This document shows positions 54,693-63,403 of a stretch of 64,000 nucleotides of DNA, one piece after another (position 1 is the stretch's first letter; each line of letters starts with the position of its first letter). Location: positions 66,452 through 130,451 of the forward strand of contig CAWJIC010000033.1 in assembly GCA_963842755.1 (NCBI GenBank), written 5' to 3'. The notes below the pieces were generated by a model that did no database searches, was not told where the DNA came from, and worked only from the letters and a program-made list of their open reading frames with translations. A program made the translations under genes and the position numbers. This DNA comes from an uncultured Chloroflexia bacterium (GTDB lineage: Bacteria; Chloroflexota; Limnocylindria; Limnocylindrales; CSP1-4).

Positions 54693-55712
54693 ATGACCGT
54701 GCAGGCTGAGGCGGGCAAGGGCCGCACGACGCCGCTGGCCGACTTCTTCAACGCCCACCCTGATCGCCACTACATCATGTTCGGTGGCAAGGGCGGGCTC
54801 GGCAAGACGACCTTCTCGGCGGCGACCGGCTACTGGCTGGCCAAGCAGGGCAAGCGCGTCCTGGTTTTCAGCGTCGACCCCCAGGCCAGCCTGTCCGACA
54901 TCTTCCAGACCGATATCTTCGGCAAGGGCCCGGTCAAGGTCATGGACAACTTGTGGGCCCAGGAGATCGACGCCGACCGCCACATCCGCGACTACCAGGA
55001 TGAGGTGCGCGCCAAGATCCTCGACATGTACGGGCTCGAGAAGGTGCCCGAGGAGATCGAGGACTACATCGCCGCCGCCAGCGCCGAGCCGGCGATGGAG
55101 GAGTCGGCGATCTTCGACGCCGTGGTCGACATCCTGTCCGAGGGCGACTACGACTACTACATCTACGACCTCGTGCCGCTGGGCCACGCCCTCTACTACC
55201 TGTCGATGGCCAAGATCTACGACGAATGGATCGGCAAGATCACCCACCTGCGTGAGGAGATGCGCGAGTACGAGGAGGTGGCGGCACGGATGCGGCGCCA
55301 GAAGGAGGTGGCCGCGGACGAGATCCTGGGCGAGCTTCAGTACATCCGGCAGCGCATCAACGCCGCCTCCCGCATCCTGACCGATCGAGATCGGACCGCC
55401 TTCTTCTTTGTGGTCGTGCCCGAGCAGATGATCCTCATCGACACCCGCAAGGCGGCCGAGATGTTCGCCCGCTTCGACGTGCCGATCGCGGGCTACATCG
55501 TCAACCGCGTCCTGCCCGAGTCACTCGACAGCGAGGGGGTGCCGGCCTACCTGCGCAGCCGGATGGAGATGCAGCGCGGCCAGTTGGCCGAGATCGAGCG
55601 GGAGCTGGGACGCGACGTGCGCGCTCAAGTCCCCGAGCTGGAGCGCGACGTCACCGGGCTGGAGATGATCGAGCGCATCGCCACGCTGATGTACGGAGAG
55701 GTGCCCCGATGA
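54693..55712 (+). CDS. ArsA/Get3-family P-loop ATPase, half-size, subunit 1
   Basis: Deviant Walker A FGGKGGLGKTT, SVDPQASL, and switch II-like YDLVPLGHALYYL (compare DTAPTGHT). No cysteines. Confidence 0.8.
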   Translation: MTVQAEAGKGRTTPLADFFNAHPDRHYIMFGGKGGLGKTTFSAATGYWLAKQGKRVLVFSVDPQASLSDIFQTDIFGKGPVKVMDNLWAQEIDADRHIRDYQDEVRAKILDMYGLEKVPEEIEDYIAAASAEPAMEESAIFDAVVDILSEGDYDYYIYDLVPLGHALYYLSMAKIYDEWIGKITHLREEMREYEEVAARMRRQKEVAADEILGELQYIRQRINAASRILTDRDRTAFFFVVVPEQMILIDTRKAAEMFARFDVPIAGYIVNRVLPESLDSEGVPAYLRSRMEMQRGQLAEIERELGRDVRAQVPELERDVTGLEMIERIATLMYGEVPR

Positions 55713-56716
55713 GCCTCGCGACCGATCCGACCCGCCTGGTCAGCACCTCGATGGCCGACTTCATGACCGCCCACGCGGACCTGCGCTACGTCTTCTTCGG
55801 CGGCAAGGGCGGGGTCGGCAAGACGGTCATGGCCGGCATGACGGCGGTCGAGCTGGCGCGCCAGGGGCGTCGTGTGCTGCTCGCCTCCACCAATCCGGTC
55901 CACTCGCTCTCCGGCCTGCTGGGCCAGGACGTCTACGGCAAGCACACCCCGGTGAGCGGCGTCGAGAACCTGTGGGCGCTGGAGATCGACACCAGCGAGG
56001 CGATCGAACGCTCCAAGCGGGAAATCCGCGAGAAGATCCAGTGGTTCCTCAAGTTCGCCGAGATCAGCACCAAGGCCGACGAGTTTGTCGAGGCGGCCAC
56101 GACCAATCCGGCGTTCGAGGAATCGGCGATGTTCGAGAACATGGTCGACCTCATGTTCCACGACGAGTACGAGGTCTACGTCTTCGACACGGCGCCCACG
56201 GCGAACGCGCGGCGCCTGCTGGGCATGAGCAAGGTTTACGGCCTGTGGGTCAGCAAGATGGTGAAGTCGCGCGAGGAGGCGCAAACCCTGCGCGAGGCCC
56301 TCTCCTTCACGAAGAAGAAGGAGGCGGACCCGCTGATGACCTACCTCGTCGACTTCCGCGGGCGGATCGAGCATGCCCGCGAGCTGCTCACCGACTCGGC
56401 CAAGACCGCCTTCTTCTTCGTGACCCTGCCCGAGGCGCTGCCCATCGCGGTGGTCCGCCGCTTCATCAACTGGTTCACCGACTTCGGGATCCCAGTCGGC
56501 GGCGTGATCGTCAACATGGTGATCGACAGCACGCAGACGAAGGGCACCGGCGAGGGCGGCGAGTTCGTCCGCAACCGAATCGCCATGCAGCAGGGCTACC
56601 TGCGCGAGATCGGCGAGACCTTCGACGGCGACGTGCGCGCGGTGGTGCCTCTGCTCGACTCCGACATCCGCGGCGTGCCGGCGCTCCAGGAGGCTGGGCG
56701 ACGCCTGTTCACCTAG
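55709..56716 (+). CDS. ArsA/Get3-family P-loop ATPase, half-size, subunit 2
   Basis: The ATG overlaps the upstream stop (ATGA). FGGKGGVGKTV, STNPVHSL, and FDTAPTANARRLL (the His of DTAPTGH is replaced). No cysteines. Confidence 0.8.
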   Translation: MSLATDPTRLVSTSMADFMTAHADLRYVFFGGKGGVGKTVMAGMTAVELARQGRRVLLASTNPVHSLSGLLGQDVYGKHTPVSGVENLWALEIDTSEAIERSKREIREKIQWFLKFAEISTKADEFVEAATTNPAFEESAMFENMVDLMFHDEYEVYVFDTAPTANARRLLGMSKVYGLWVSKMVKSREEAQTLREALSFTKKKEADPLMTYLVDFRGRIEHARELLTDSAKTAFFFVTLPEALPIAVVRRFINWFTDFGIPVGGVIVNMVIDSTQTKGTGEGGEFVRNRIAMQQGYLREIGETFDGDVRAVVPLLDSDIRGVPALQEAGRRLFT

Positions 56717-56844
56717 GCGCGGGCGGCCTCAGCCACCGGCGCAGGCACGGCGAACTCGACGCCGAATGCATCAGCCATCCGGCGAGGGTCTTAGTAACAC
56801 GCATCCTCGAAACGGGCCGCGACCTCTGCGGCGCGGACCAAGGC

Positions 56845-57480
56845 TCAGACGAGCCGACGATCGGCGGCCCAGCGGCTGAGCTCGTAGCGGTTCGATAGCT
56901 GGAGCTTGCGCAGGACGGCCGAGACATGGGTCTCGACGGTCTTGATCGCGATCCCGAGCTCGTGGGCGACTTCCTTGTAGGCGTAGCCCCGAGCGATATA
57001 CCGGAGCACTTCGCGTTCCCGGGTCGACAGCAGGTCGAGCTCCGGATCGGCCGGCGCTGGAGCCTCGCGACCGAAGGCGTCGAGCACGAAGCCGGCCAGG
57101 CGCGGCGAGAAGACGGCGTCGCCGTCGTGCACCCGGCGTACGGCAAGATCGAGCTCGGCCGGTGAGATGGACTTCGTCACGTAGCCTCGGGCGCCGGCCC
57201 GGATGACGTCGATGACGTCCTGGGCGGCATCAGAGACCGAGAGCGCCAGGAACCGTACGTTCGGCTGCTTCGCGCACACGGCCTCGATGACGGCCCGGCC
57301 ACCACCGCCGGGCATGTGGACGTCAATCAGGACGACGTCCGGCGCGCTGGCAAGGATCGCGGGAATGGCCTCCTCGACGGTGGCCGCATCACCCACGATC
57401 TCGACGCCGCCCTTCAGCTCCGAACGGACCCCCGACCGGAACAGCTCGTGGTCGTCGACGATGAACACGCGCACGCTCAC
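56845..57480 (-). CDS. Response regulator, NarL/LuxR family
   Basis: VFIVDDH...DVVLIDVHMPG receiver domain and an LSTREREVLRYIARGYAYKEVA HTH. Confidence 0.9.
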   Translation of the reverse strand: MSVRVFIVDDHELFRSGVRSELKGGVEIVGDAATVEEAIPAILASAPDVVLIDVHMPGGGGRAVIEAVCAKQPNVRFLALSVSDAAQDVIDVIRAGARGYVTKSISPAELDLAVRRVHDGDAVFSPRLAGFVLDAFGREAPAPADPELDLLSTREREVLRYIARGYAYKEVAHELGIAIKTVETHVSAVLRKLQLSNRYELSRWAADRRLV

Positions 57481-58754
57481 TGGCCGAGCCTCGGCAGTCG
57501 GATGACCACTTCGGTACCGCGCCCCGGTTCGCTCCGGACCTCCGCGGTTCCACCATGCCGCTCCATTCGGCGAACGATCAAATCCGCGATCCCGCGCCTG
57601 TCCTCGGGGACCGCGCCCGGATCGAAGCCGGCACCCTCGTCACGGACGAACGCGCTGACCTGCGTGTCCTCGACCTCGAGGTAGACAGAGACTTCGTCGA
57701 CCCCAGAGTGTTTCGCCGCGTTCAGGGTGGCCTCGCTGCACGCCCCCATGAGCGCGCGGAGTTCCTCGTCGAGCTCGAGGTCGCCGACCACGATCGCCTC
57801 GACCTTGACGTGATGGCTGCGTTCCACCCGACCGGCCATCGAGTCGAGCGCATCGCGCAGCGTGACGCCCCGGACGCTCGGAGCCCGACCGAAGAGCCAG
57901 GCGCGAAGCTCCCGTTCCTGGGTTCGAGCGAGGCTTGCCATCTCACGGGGCTCGTGGGAGCGTTGGATAAGCGCCAGGGTTTGAAGGACAGAGTCGTGGA
58001 GGTGCGCCGCCATCTCCGCCCGTGCCTCGGAACGAATCCGGCTGTTGCGCTCCTCCATCAGCTCGCCGGCCAGTCGCCAGACCCATGGCCCAGCGAGGAG
58101 GGCCAGGCCGCCGACGGTGACGATGACCGCCAGGACGACGTTGGCGGCCGCCGAGAGGGAGGTGGTCGCGGCCAGGAAGACCGCCATGCCACCCACGATC
58201 AGGGCGCTCCCGAAGAGGATGCGCGGCAGGGAGGCGCGGCCGCTGATCATGGCCTCGATCGGGCTCCTGAAGCTGGCCGGATCCCAGCGGCCGCGGCCCT
58301 CGTCCGTGCCGCGCGCCCACAGGATGGCGAAGCCGATCGCCGCTAACGAGGCCGGCCAGCCCAGCTCCCAACCGAACCACAGCCCGGTGACGAGGAAGAG
58401 CGTGGCCACACCGACCAGGATCAGGCTCATCCCAACGAGCTGCTGTGGCGACGGTCGAGGCAGCGGTCGCCGCGTCGCCGCATCCGTCTCGTCGGCCGCA
58501 TCCGCCACCTCGACCGGGGCCAGGAGCCAGAGCAGCAGGTACACGATGACCCCGAAGCCAGCGGCAAAGGCCAGGATGACGAACGCAAGCCGGACAACGA
58601 GCGGCTCGATGCGCAGATGCCGGGCGACGCCGGCGGCCACGCCGGCAACGACTCGATCCGTTCGGCCGCGACGCAGGCTCGGGCGAGCGGTCGCGATCGC
58701 GGTCACGGTCGTCGGCTGCGGCTCGATCTCTGCCATGGACCGTGATGTTCCCAT
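57477..58754 (-). CDS. PspC-domain sensor histidine kinase (LiaS-like)
   Basis: N-terminal PspC domain (RTDRVVAGVAAGVARHLRIEPLVVRLAFVILAF), TM segments, HLHDSVLQTLALIQ H-box and an HATPase. The start is ATG 58754 or 58736. Confidence 0.85.
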   Translation of the reverse strand: MGTSRSMAEIEPQPTTVTAIATARPSLRRGRTDRVVAGVAAGVARHLRIEPLVVRLAFVILAFAAGFGVIVYLLLWLLAPVEVADAADETDAATRRPLPRPSPQQLVGMSLILVGVATLFLVTGLWFGWELGWPASLAAIGFAILWARGTDEGRGRWDPASFRSPIEAMISGRASLPRILFGSALIVGGMAVFLAATTSLSAAANVVLAVIVTVGGLALLAGPWVWRLAGELMEERNSRIRSEARAEMAAHLHDSVLQTLALIQRSHEPREMASLARTQERELRAWLFGRAPSVRGVTLRDALDSMAGRVERSHHVKVEAIVVGDLELDEELRALMGACSEATLNAAKHSGVDEVSVYLEVEDTQVSAFVRDEGAGFDPGAVPEDRRGIADLIVRRMERHGGTAEVRSEPGRGTEVVIRLPRLGQ

Positions 58755-58861
58755 AGGGACGGCGCGGGGCGCGATGGGTGAAGACCCTGAGCGCGACCTT
58801 CGAAGGGTCAGGGTTGGATCGGGGACTCCACCGATGGCGCCGGGATGAGCGTTCCACGACC

Positions 58862-60133
58862 ATGGCTGCCATGACGAGCGAACAACCGGGGACTGCACTC
58901 CACCCTGACGGCACCCCCAGCGAAGCGCGCCGTCTCCGACGCCGGACGACCGATCGCGTGATCGGCGGCGTCGCGGGTGGGGTCGCCGACTACCTCAACA
59001 TCGATCCGCTGCTGCTTCGAGTGGCGTTCGCGGGGTTGATGATCTTCGGTGGAGCCGGACTCCTGCTTTACGTCGTCGCGTGGCTCCTGATCCCCGCATG
59101 CGGGCGCGACGATTCGATCGTCCAGGAGTGGTTGGCCCGTCTCAGGGCTCGGTTCGGGAGCACCGGAACCGCAATCCTCGTCCTGATCGCGGTCATCCTT
59201 GGCGGGCTCTGGCTGGCCGGTCAGGCTGAACCGTGCATGGTGTCCGTCGACGATCCCTATTCCGGGCAGTGCGCGAGCAACGGCTTTGGCTGGCTGTTCG
59301 ACTACGAGCCCATTCGTCTGCGCGACGCCGCATTGATCGCGATCGCGATCATCGGTGTCGGGATCGTTGTGCTCCGCTGGCGGGAAGGGTCCGCACGTCC
59401 GGCGACCGCGATGGGCGGTGTGCCGACCCAGGCGACCGCCCCAGGTGCCGCGATCGAGACGGCCGCGGAGGCCATGCTCCCGACCGCGGGTGCGATCAAG
59501 GCCCGCCCAGGCGAATCGCTCCCGCGTCCGCGATCGCCACTCGGCTGGTACGTGCTCGCTGCTGTGCTCGTCGCGGTCGGCCTCCTGGCCGTCGTCGGCA
59601 ACGCGCCTGGACTTGACGTCGCGCTCGGCCAGTATTTCGGAGCGGGTCTCGCGGTGCTCGGCATCGGACTGGTCGTGGGTGCCTGGTGGGGCCGAGCAAG
59701 GCTGCCGATCCTGCTGGGTCTGTTCGTTCTGCCAGTTGCGGCAACGGCGGCGTTCATCAACGTGCCGCTCGATGGCGGGTTCGCCGATCAGGCGTTCCAG
59801 CCGAAGACGGTCGGGGAGCTGCGCACCGACTACCGTCTGGCGGGCGGCGAGATCCGCCTCGACCTGACGGACCTGCCAGCCGGCGGCGGCCCCATCGTGC
59901 TCAACGCCAGCGTGGGCGTGGGGCTCCTGGTCGTGGTCGTTCCCGACGACGCGAGGCTCGTGCTTGATGCCCGGGTCAGCGGAGGCCGCCTTTCCCTGTT
60001 CGGCAACCGCCAGATCGGCACCGGCCTCGCCGACCGCGTCGAGCGGCTGACAGGACTGGGTCCGCAGCTGGTCCTGAACCTGGAGGCCGGGATCGGCGAG
60101 GTGCTCGTTCTGACCGCATCGGACGGAGGCTGA
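58862..60133 (+). CDS. PspC-domain membrane protein with C-terminal LiaF-like beta domain
   Basis: TTDRVIGGVAGGVADYLNIDPLLLRVAFAGLMIF PspC domain and multiple TM segments. Divergent from the PspC kinase. Confidence 0.8.
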   Translation: MAAMTSEQPGTALHPDGTPSEARRLRRRTTDRVIGGVAGGVADYLNIDPLLLRVAFAGLMIFGGAGLLLYVVAWLLIPACGRDDSIVQEWLARLRARFGSTGTAILVLIAVILGGLWLAGQAEPCMVSVDDPYSGQCASNGFGWLFDYEPIRLRDAALIAIAIIGVGIVVLRWREGSARPATAMGGVPTQATAPGAAIETAAEAMLPTAGAIKARPGESLPRPRSPLGWYVLAAVLVAVGLLAVVGNAPGLDVALGQYFGAGLAVLGIGLVVGAWWGRARLPILLGLFVLPVAATAAFINVPLDGGFADQAFQPKTVGELRTDYRLAGGEIRLDLTDLPAGGGPIVLNASVGVGLLVVVVPDDARLVLDARVSGGRLSLFGNRQIGTGLADRVERLTGLGPQLVLNLEAGIGEVLVLTASDGG

Positions 60134-60134
60134 G

Positions 60135-60353
60135 ATGGAGCGCCACGATGTCGACCCGGTCTCGCTCATCTTCGGGCTGCCGTTCACGATCGTCGGCCTG
60201 ATGCTGCTCACCGGCGACCCGACCAGGGGCACGGTCTGGCTGGGCTGGGCAGGTCCCGCGGTGGCCATCGGTCTTGGCCTGCTCGTGGTTCTCGCGGTAC
60301 GGCCCCGTCGCGCAGAACCCGATGACGAAGCGCCGACCAGTGGCGAGGGCTGA
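60135..60353 (+). CDS. Small 2-TM membrane protein
   Basis: Starts 1 nt after the PspC gene stop. Hydrophobic segments LIFGLPFTIVGLMLL and AVAIGLGLLVVLAV. Confidence 0.55.
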   Translation: MERHDVDPVSLIFGLPFTIVGLMLLTGDPTRGTVWLGWAGPAVAIGLGLLVVLAVRPRRAEPDDEAPTSGEG

Positions 60354-60410
60354 CCCCGCTACGGCCGCCGCCGGCTATCGCCGACACGGTCGGTCGGCTA
60401 TCCTCGCGCG

Positions 60411-61324
60411 ATGATCGCGGGAGGGACGTCGCTCGCGCCGGACGCTGACCCGGCCCTCAGTGCGCGGGCGGTCGCCAAGCGCTATCGGGGTGGCGTCCGG
60501 GCGCTCGACGGGATCGACCTCGACATCCCGATCGGCAGCATCACCGCGCTCGTCGGGCCGAACGGGGCGGGGAAGTCCACGCTGATGAAGGCCTGGGTCG
60601 GCTTCGAGCGGCCGAGCCGCGGGTCTGTGGCAGTCCTCGGCGTCGACCCGTGGCGAGATCGAGCGGCGGCCCTCGATCGGCTCGGTTACGTGTCGCAGCG
60701 ACCGGCGCTCTACCGCGGGCTCACGGTCCGCGACCATGTCGCACTGGCCGTCAGCCTTCGGCCGGGCTTCGACGCGATGCTGTCGGAGCGGCGGCTCGAG
60801 GAGCTCGACATCCCGCTCGGCCAGGACAGCCGGACCCTGTCGGGCGGCCAGCAGGCCCAGGTGATGCTCGCGCTCGCGCTCGGGACCCACGCCCCTGTCC
60901 TGGTCCTCGACGAGCCGTTGGCGAGCCTCGACCCACTCGCCCGCCGCGAGTTCCTGCACGTCCTGGTCGACGCCGTGCGGGCCGAGGGCGCCACCGCGGT
61001 CCTGTCGTCGCACGTGATCACCGACATCGAGCAGGCCTGCGACCGGATCGTCGTGCTCGGCACCGGGCACAAGATCCTCGACGAGTCGATCGCGGCGGCG
61101 CTGGCCGCTCACCGCGTCGCCGACGGCGACCCGGCTGGACCAGCGGCGCGATCCGGGTCGCCGCGTTCCCGGGCCCGCTCGGCGGGCTGATGACCCTCTG
61201 GCGGCTCGACGACGGCCGAGCCGACCCTCCTGGCTTCCGCGGGGCCACCCTCGAGGAGCTCGTCCTCGGCCGGCTGGCGTCGAGCCGACCGCCGCGCCGC
61301 GCGACCGTGGCTGGGGCAGCCTGA
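60411..61324 (+). pseudogene. ABC transporter ATP-binding protein, C-terminal domain shifted by a 1-nt indel near 61120-61150 as assembled
   Basis: GPNGAGKST, LSGGQQAQV and VLVLDEPLASLD are in frame 0. The conserved tail ...IRVAAFPGPLGGLMTLWRL...ATLEELVLGRLAS is in another frame. That frame ends in TGATG coupling with the permease gene. Confidence 0.75.
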
Positions 61325-62297
61325 TGCGGACCACGATCCGGCTGATGGTCAAGTCGCTCCGCTTCGAGATCGTCGCGATGAGCGTGGCCGTCATCCTGCT
61401 CGGCTGTGTCGCGCTGTACCTCGCCTGGCGGCTCGGCCAGGTCGGGATCCCGCACGAGTGCCTGTACTCGAACTCGCCATTCGGCGAGCAGTACGATGCC
61501 ACGCTCGACGCGACCTGCCAGGCCGCGCGCGACCGGTTCTACGAGCTGGTCAACACCGGCGGCCAGGTCCTGGCCATGACGGTCCTGATCCCGTGCGTCG
61601 CGGGCCTGCTGATCGGCGTGCCGCTCGTGGCCCGCGAGCTCGAATCCGGCACCGCGTCGCTGGCCTGGACCTTGAGCCGCTCGCGGCGGAGCTGGTATCT
61701 CCGGCGAGTGATCCCGCTGGCGGCCATCGTCGGCCTCGCGCTGCTCCTGCCGGCGGCCGCGACGGTGATCATGCAGGGCGCCCGGCAGCCGGACGTCGAT
61801 CCCTGGGCGTCGTTCTCGGACGGCAGCCTGCGCGGACCGGTGGTCCTCTTCCGCGGTCTGCTTGCGATGGGCGTCGGCGTGCTCGCCGGGGCAGTCGTCG
61901 GCCGCCAGCTGCCGGCCGTCATCATCGGCGGACTTCTGGCGATCCTGCTCATCAGCGTCGTCCCCATCGGGGTCCAGGCGTTCAGCGCCACGCTCGGCGA
62001 ATGGCGGACGGCCGAGCAGACGACCTCAGGCGACCTGACCCTCGACGCGTCGGATACCGCGACAAGGCCACCGGCGCCATCGTCGACTACGACACCGTGC
62101 TGGTCGGGGCTCCCACGCTGCCCGACGGGAACCAGGACGAGACCTGGCTCCAGGCGCGCTTCGACCAGGTGGTCTTCGTCGTGCCGGGGTGGCGCTACCC
62201 CGAGGTCACCGGTGTCGAGAGCGCCGCCCTTGGCGGACTGGCCATCGTCGCCCTCGGCCTCGGCGGCCTCGTCGTCAGCCGTCGCCGGCCCTCGTAG
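61324..62297 (+). pseudogene. ABC-2-type permease, frameshifted near 62040-62050 as assembled
   Basis: The TM-rich N-terminal 240 aa are in one frame. A plausible C-terminus (GYRDKATGAIVDYDT...GGLAIVALGLGGLVVSRRRPS, with a final TM) is in another. Confidence 0.6.
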
Positions 62298-62378
62298 CGG
62301 AGTGTCCCCCGAGTGGTGGGAACTGAGCGAGGCTCGTGTTGCGCCTCCAGGACTCCGCACCAATTGGGGGGGGTGACG

Positions 62379-62669
62379 ATGCCGGGTCAGTCCGGATATG
62401 CCGTCGGGTGGGGCACCCTCGCGTTGATCAACGCCGGGCTGGCGCAGGGGAAGGGTCGTCCGGGCGCGTGGTGGTTTCTCGCCTCGCTCCTCATCGGACC
62501 CGTCGCGACGTTGCTGATCGTGCTGTTGCCGCCGCTGCCCGAGTCGCAGCGAACCTACGGCGGTGGCGGCTGGCGACCCCGACCGCTGACTCGGGTCGAC
62601 TGGCTGATCCTCGGGATCGTGGCGTTCGCATTGCTCGCGACGGCAGTCGCGCTGGCGTTCCGACTGTGA
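62379..62669 (+). CDS. Small membrane protein (3 TM)
   Basis: ATG after a G-rich RBS. WGTLALINAGLAQG..., WWFLASLLIGPVATLLIVLL and WLILGIVAFALLATAVALAF. Confidence 0.5.
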   Translation: MPGQSGYAVGWGTLALINAGLAQGKGRPGAWWFLASLLIGPVATLLIVLLPPLPESQRTYGGGGWRPRPLTRVDWLILGIVAFALLATAVALAFRL

Positions 62670-62828
62670 CCCCGGCCGTCGGCCAGCCGCCCAATGGGCT
62701 TGGCCACGGCGACCGACCCCTGCCGCCGATCGAACGCAGATGGCAGTTCCGGGGCCTCCGGCCGCTGGCTTGAACGTCCAATGACCCGATCTGCGTGCGA
62801 TCGCACGCAGACTGCTTGACAGAGCAGA

Positions 62829-63191
62829 CTATGACGCGGCATCCGATCGTGGCGTCGCCCCGGCTCGATCAGCGCCACCGCGCAGTCGCCGCCAGCTGAA
62901 CAGGCCGAGGATGACCCCGATCGCGATGAAGGCGCCACCGAAGGCGAGCCACGGAGCGGGATCGACCTGAGTGCACGTCTGATCGTTCGCGCACCTCCAG
63001 ACCGCCTGGCCCAGCAGCAGGAGCCAGGCGACCCCAAAGCCGACGAAGCCGGCCGACGCGCCGACGAAACAGAGTCGCTTCGCGATCAGCCAGGTCCAGA
63101 TGATGAGTCCCGGGAACAGGGTGAGCGGCCCGGCCAGCAGCATCGACAGTCCCATCACCGCGCCGAGGACCAGCCCCGCCAGAGTCACCAT
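62829..63191 (-). CDS. Hypothetical membrane protein (4 TM)
   Basis: Hydrophobic ORF with GC3 bias. No family recognised. Confidence 0.45.
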   Translation of the reverse strand: MVTLAGLVLGAVMGLSMLLAGPLTLFPGLIIWTWLIAKRLCFVGASAGFVGFGVAWLLLLGQAVWRCANDQTCTQVDPAPWLAFGGAFIAIGVILGLFSWRRLRGGADRAGATPRSDAAS

Positions 63192-63403
63192 AGAACCCAG
63201 GGCGGTTCAAGTCGTCAAGGACAAGGACGTCGACGCGCGCCAAGGCTGCATGGGCCGGGGCAGGCGGCCGTCGGTCCGCGCGGTGGCGAACTCGGCGAGC
63301 AGGCGCGACACCCGCGCATAGAGGGCGGTGTGCCCCGCCCGGATTGACTATGCCTTGCGGAAATAGCTAGACGATTATGACGGTCGCAGCTACGATCCTC
63401 GAC

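Noticed and set aside
54693-56716. Interpreting the two ATPases as an arsenic-resistance (ars) operon.
   Set aside because: Neither protein has any cysteine, so there is no As/Sb site. No arsB/acr3, arsC or arsR is nearby. Each protein is half the size of ArsA.
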